Shown here in pieces: positions 62,810 to 64,000 of a stretch of DNA of 64,000 bases. The first letter of the stretch is position 1. Each line of letters opens with the position of its first letter. Source of the DNA: Candidatus Kaiserbacteria bacterium CG10_big_fil_rev_8_21_14_0_10_59_10. Its GTDB lineage: Bacteria; Patescibacteriota; Minisyncoccia; Phycocordibacterales; UBA2100. A program made the translations under genes and the position numbers. A model generated the notes under the pieces. The model made no database searches, was not told the origin of the DNA, and saw nothing but the letters and a program-made list of their open reading frames with translations. The stretch covers positions 14,312 to 78,311 of the forward strand of contig PFBM01000021.1 of assembly GCA_002773285.1 (NCBI GenBank). Direction: 5' to 3'.

Positions 62810-64000
62810 ATGGTACGAGATTACATGCAAGACATTGTTCCTCCGAATGACGACGCGGACGCGGCTCGTGCGCGCCGTGAACATGCTAATGAAGAGGAGG
62901 CGGAGGTAGTCGCCGAGGGCGCGCCGCCGGAGCGCAGTATCCGCAACGTGCACGTCCCCGCGCGCGCGGGCCGGCACTCGCGTCCTGCGCCGCATCAAGC
63001 GATTGGCCCGGAGGCAATTCAAGGCGGCAGGCGGAGAAGTAGCCGTTGGATATGGACGGCGGCATCGCTTGCGCTACTGCTTCTCATTGTCTCAGCTGCG
63101 CTTCTCCTGCTTCGCGGAACGACCGTAACCGTTACGCCGCGTTCCCAAACGGTGGTCTTCGATCCGATAATGCGATTCGTCGCGCACCCCGCTGACGCAG
63201 CTGCCTCTGAGTCGCAGCTTATCTACACCGTGCATACGGAAGTACTGGAGGACTCTGCGATAGTCGCCGCAGAAGGCGTTGAGCATGTTGAGGAGCGCGC
63301 ATCCGGCGTCATTACCGTATTCAACGAATATTCGGCAGATCCTGTGCGACTGATTAAGAACACCCGGTTCCAGACGCAGGACGGGCTTATTTATCGCACG
63401 CCTGAGTCCATCGTAGTACCGGGCCGCAGCGGCTCCACCGCTGGCCGCATAGACGTCGAGGTATTTGCCGACCAGCCAGGGAGCCAATACAACAGCGGCC
63501 CTGTGACGCGCCTCAGCGTTCCGGGTCTCGCGGATACGCCGGATATGTTCGCTGGGATCTACGCACGCTCCGATGGAGGATTTAGCGGTGGTTTCTCGGG
63601 CTCGCGTCCCGCTATTCCGCAGGCAACACTCGCGGCCGCTCGTGCCGAGGTACGCGACAGGCTCGAATCCAATGCGCGCAGCATAGCCCTCGCGGGCGAT
63701 GGAGAGTTCCGTTTTGCCGACCTGGCGCGCATCACGTTCGAATCACTGCCACCAACTACCGAGCAAGGAGGCACTGTCCGTATCCACGAGCGCGCCACTA
63801 TTCACATTCCGGCCGTTGACGAGAGAGCGTTCGCACAGGCAGTAGCTTCATTCGTGAGCGCAGACGCTTCGGAGGCGGATGTTGTACTCTATCCGCGTGA
63901 AGGCATGGCGGCCACTCTTGTGCAAGAAAGTCCGGCGCTCGGTTCCGAGCCAATAGAGTTCACGCTTACCGGCACGGCCCTTTTGGTGTGGCAGGTTGAT
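62810..64000 (+). CDS. Partial CDS (continues beyond the window): bitopic protein with about 90-aa cytoplasmic N-terminus, one TM and an extracytoplasmic domain
   Basis: Stop-free frame translated by eye from ATG 62810 to the window end (MVRDYMQDIVPPNDD...WIWTAASLALLLLIVSAALLLL...TVTVTPRSQTVVFDP...). Not in the ORF track, presumably because it has no stop. Confidence 0.4.
   Translation, partial: MVRDYMQDIVPPNDDADAARARREHANEEEAEVVAEGAPPERSIRNVHVPARAGRHSRPAPHQAIGPEAIQGGRRRSSRWIWTAASLALLLLIVSAALLLLRGTTVTVTPRSQTVVFDPIMRFVAHPADAAASESQLIYTVHTEVLEDSAIVAAEGVEHVEERASGVITVFNEYSADPVRLIKNTRFQTQDGLIYRTPESIVVPGRSGSTAGRIDVEVFADQPGSQYNSGPVTRLSVPGLADTPDMFAGIYARSDGGFSGGFSGSRPAIPQATLAAARAEVRDRLESNARSIALAGDGEFRFADLARITFESLPPTTEQGGTVRIHERATIHIPAVDERAFAQAVASFVSADASEADVVLYPREGMAATLVQESPALGSEPIEFTLTGTALLVWQVD

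Noticed and set aside
1-64000. CRISPR array or other regular spacer-repeat structure
   Set aside because: No periodic direct repeats of 24-48 nt were seen. The only tandem repeat is the 2 x 18-nt palindrome inside uvrC.

Overview
The window is a gene-dense, high-GC (about 65%) bacterial chromosomal segment with roughly 70 genes on both strands, dominated by housekeeping functions. The recognisable genes are: parB, a short relA/spoT, topA, dprA, serS, ftsQ, dus, dnaX, tRNA-Gln, truB, gdhA, otsA-otsB, an M29 aminopeptidase, lysS, tyrS, uvrB, murB, uvrA, uvrC, ddl, tRNA-Ala, mpg, a GatB/YqeY protein, rmuC, rplU, recR, dnaB, mltG, mnmA, ogt, a small AdoMet decarboxylase, ung, an M16 peptidase and alaS. 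Several core proteins are unusually short (Rel 521 aa, DnaX about 354 aa, UvrC 442 aa without the HhH domain, AlaS about 633 aa without the C-Ala domain). Both tRNAs lack an encoded CCA, genes overlap or abut, and there are many tiny membrane proteins. This pattern fits a reduced-genome lineage (Patescibacteria/CPR-like), but that placement is an inference. I found no CRISPR array, integrase, transposase or rRNA.

The regions worth a second look are:
- an islet at 13.6-17.4 kb bracketed by two divergent sortases, holding small charged or membrane proteins and an 85-aa IPETG mini-substrate;
- a trehalose-6-phosphate synthase fused to an N-terminal TM-periplasmic-TM-HAMP sensor module, followed by otsB;
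- a sigma-70 N-terminal fragment, and elsewhere a protein with a sigma region-4 HTH fused to an unknown domain;
- AT-rich perfect palindromes inserted in frame in uvrC and mpg;
- tandem superinfection-immunity-like mini-proteins inside a uvrB-murB-uvrA-uvrC cluster;
- a nuclease and DNA-repair cluster (ATP-cone-Mrr fusion, Cas4-like Fe-S PD-(D/E)XK nuclease, ogt, ung);
- a 1.2-kb gene-sparse stretch upstream of lysS with mini-proteins and possible structured RNA.

Coordinates of internal start codons are from residue counting on the ORF track and may be off by a few nt.
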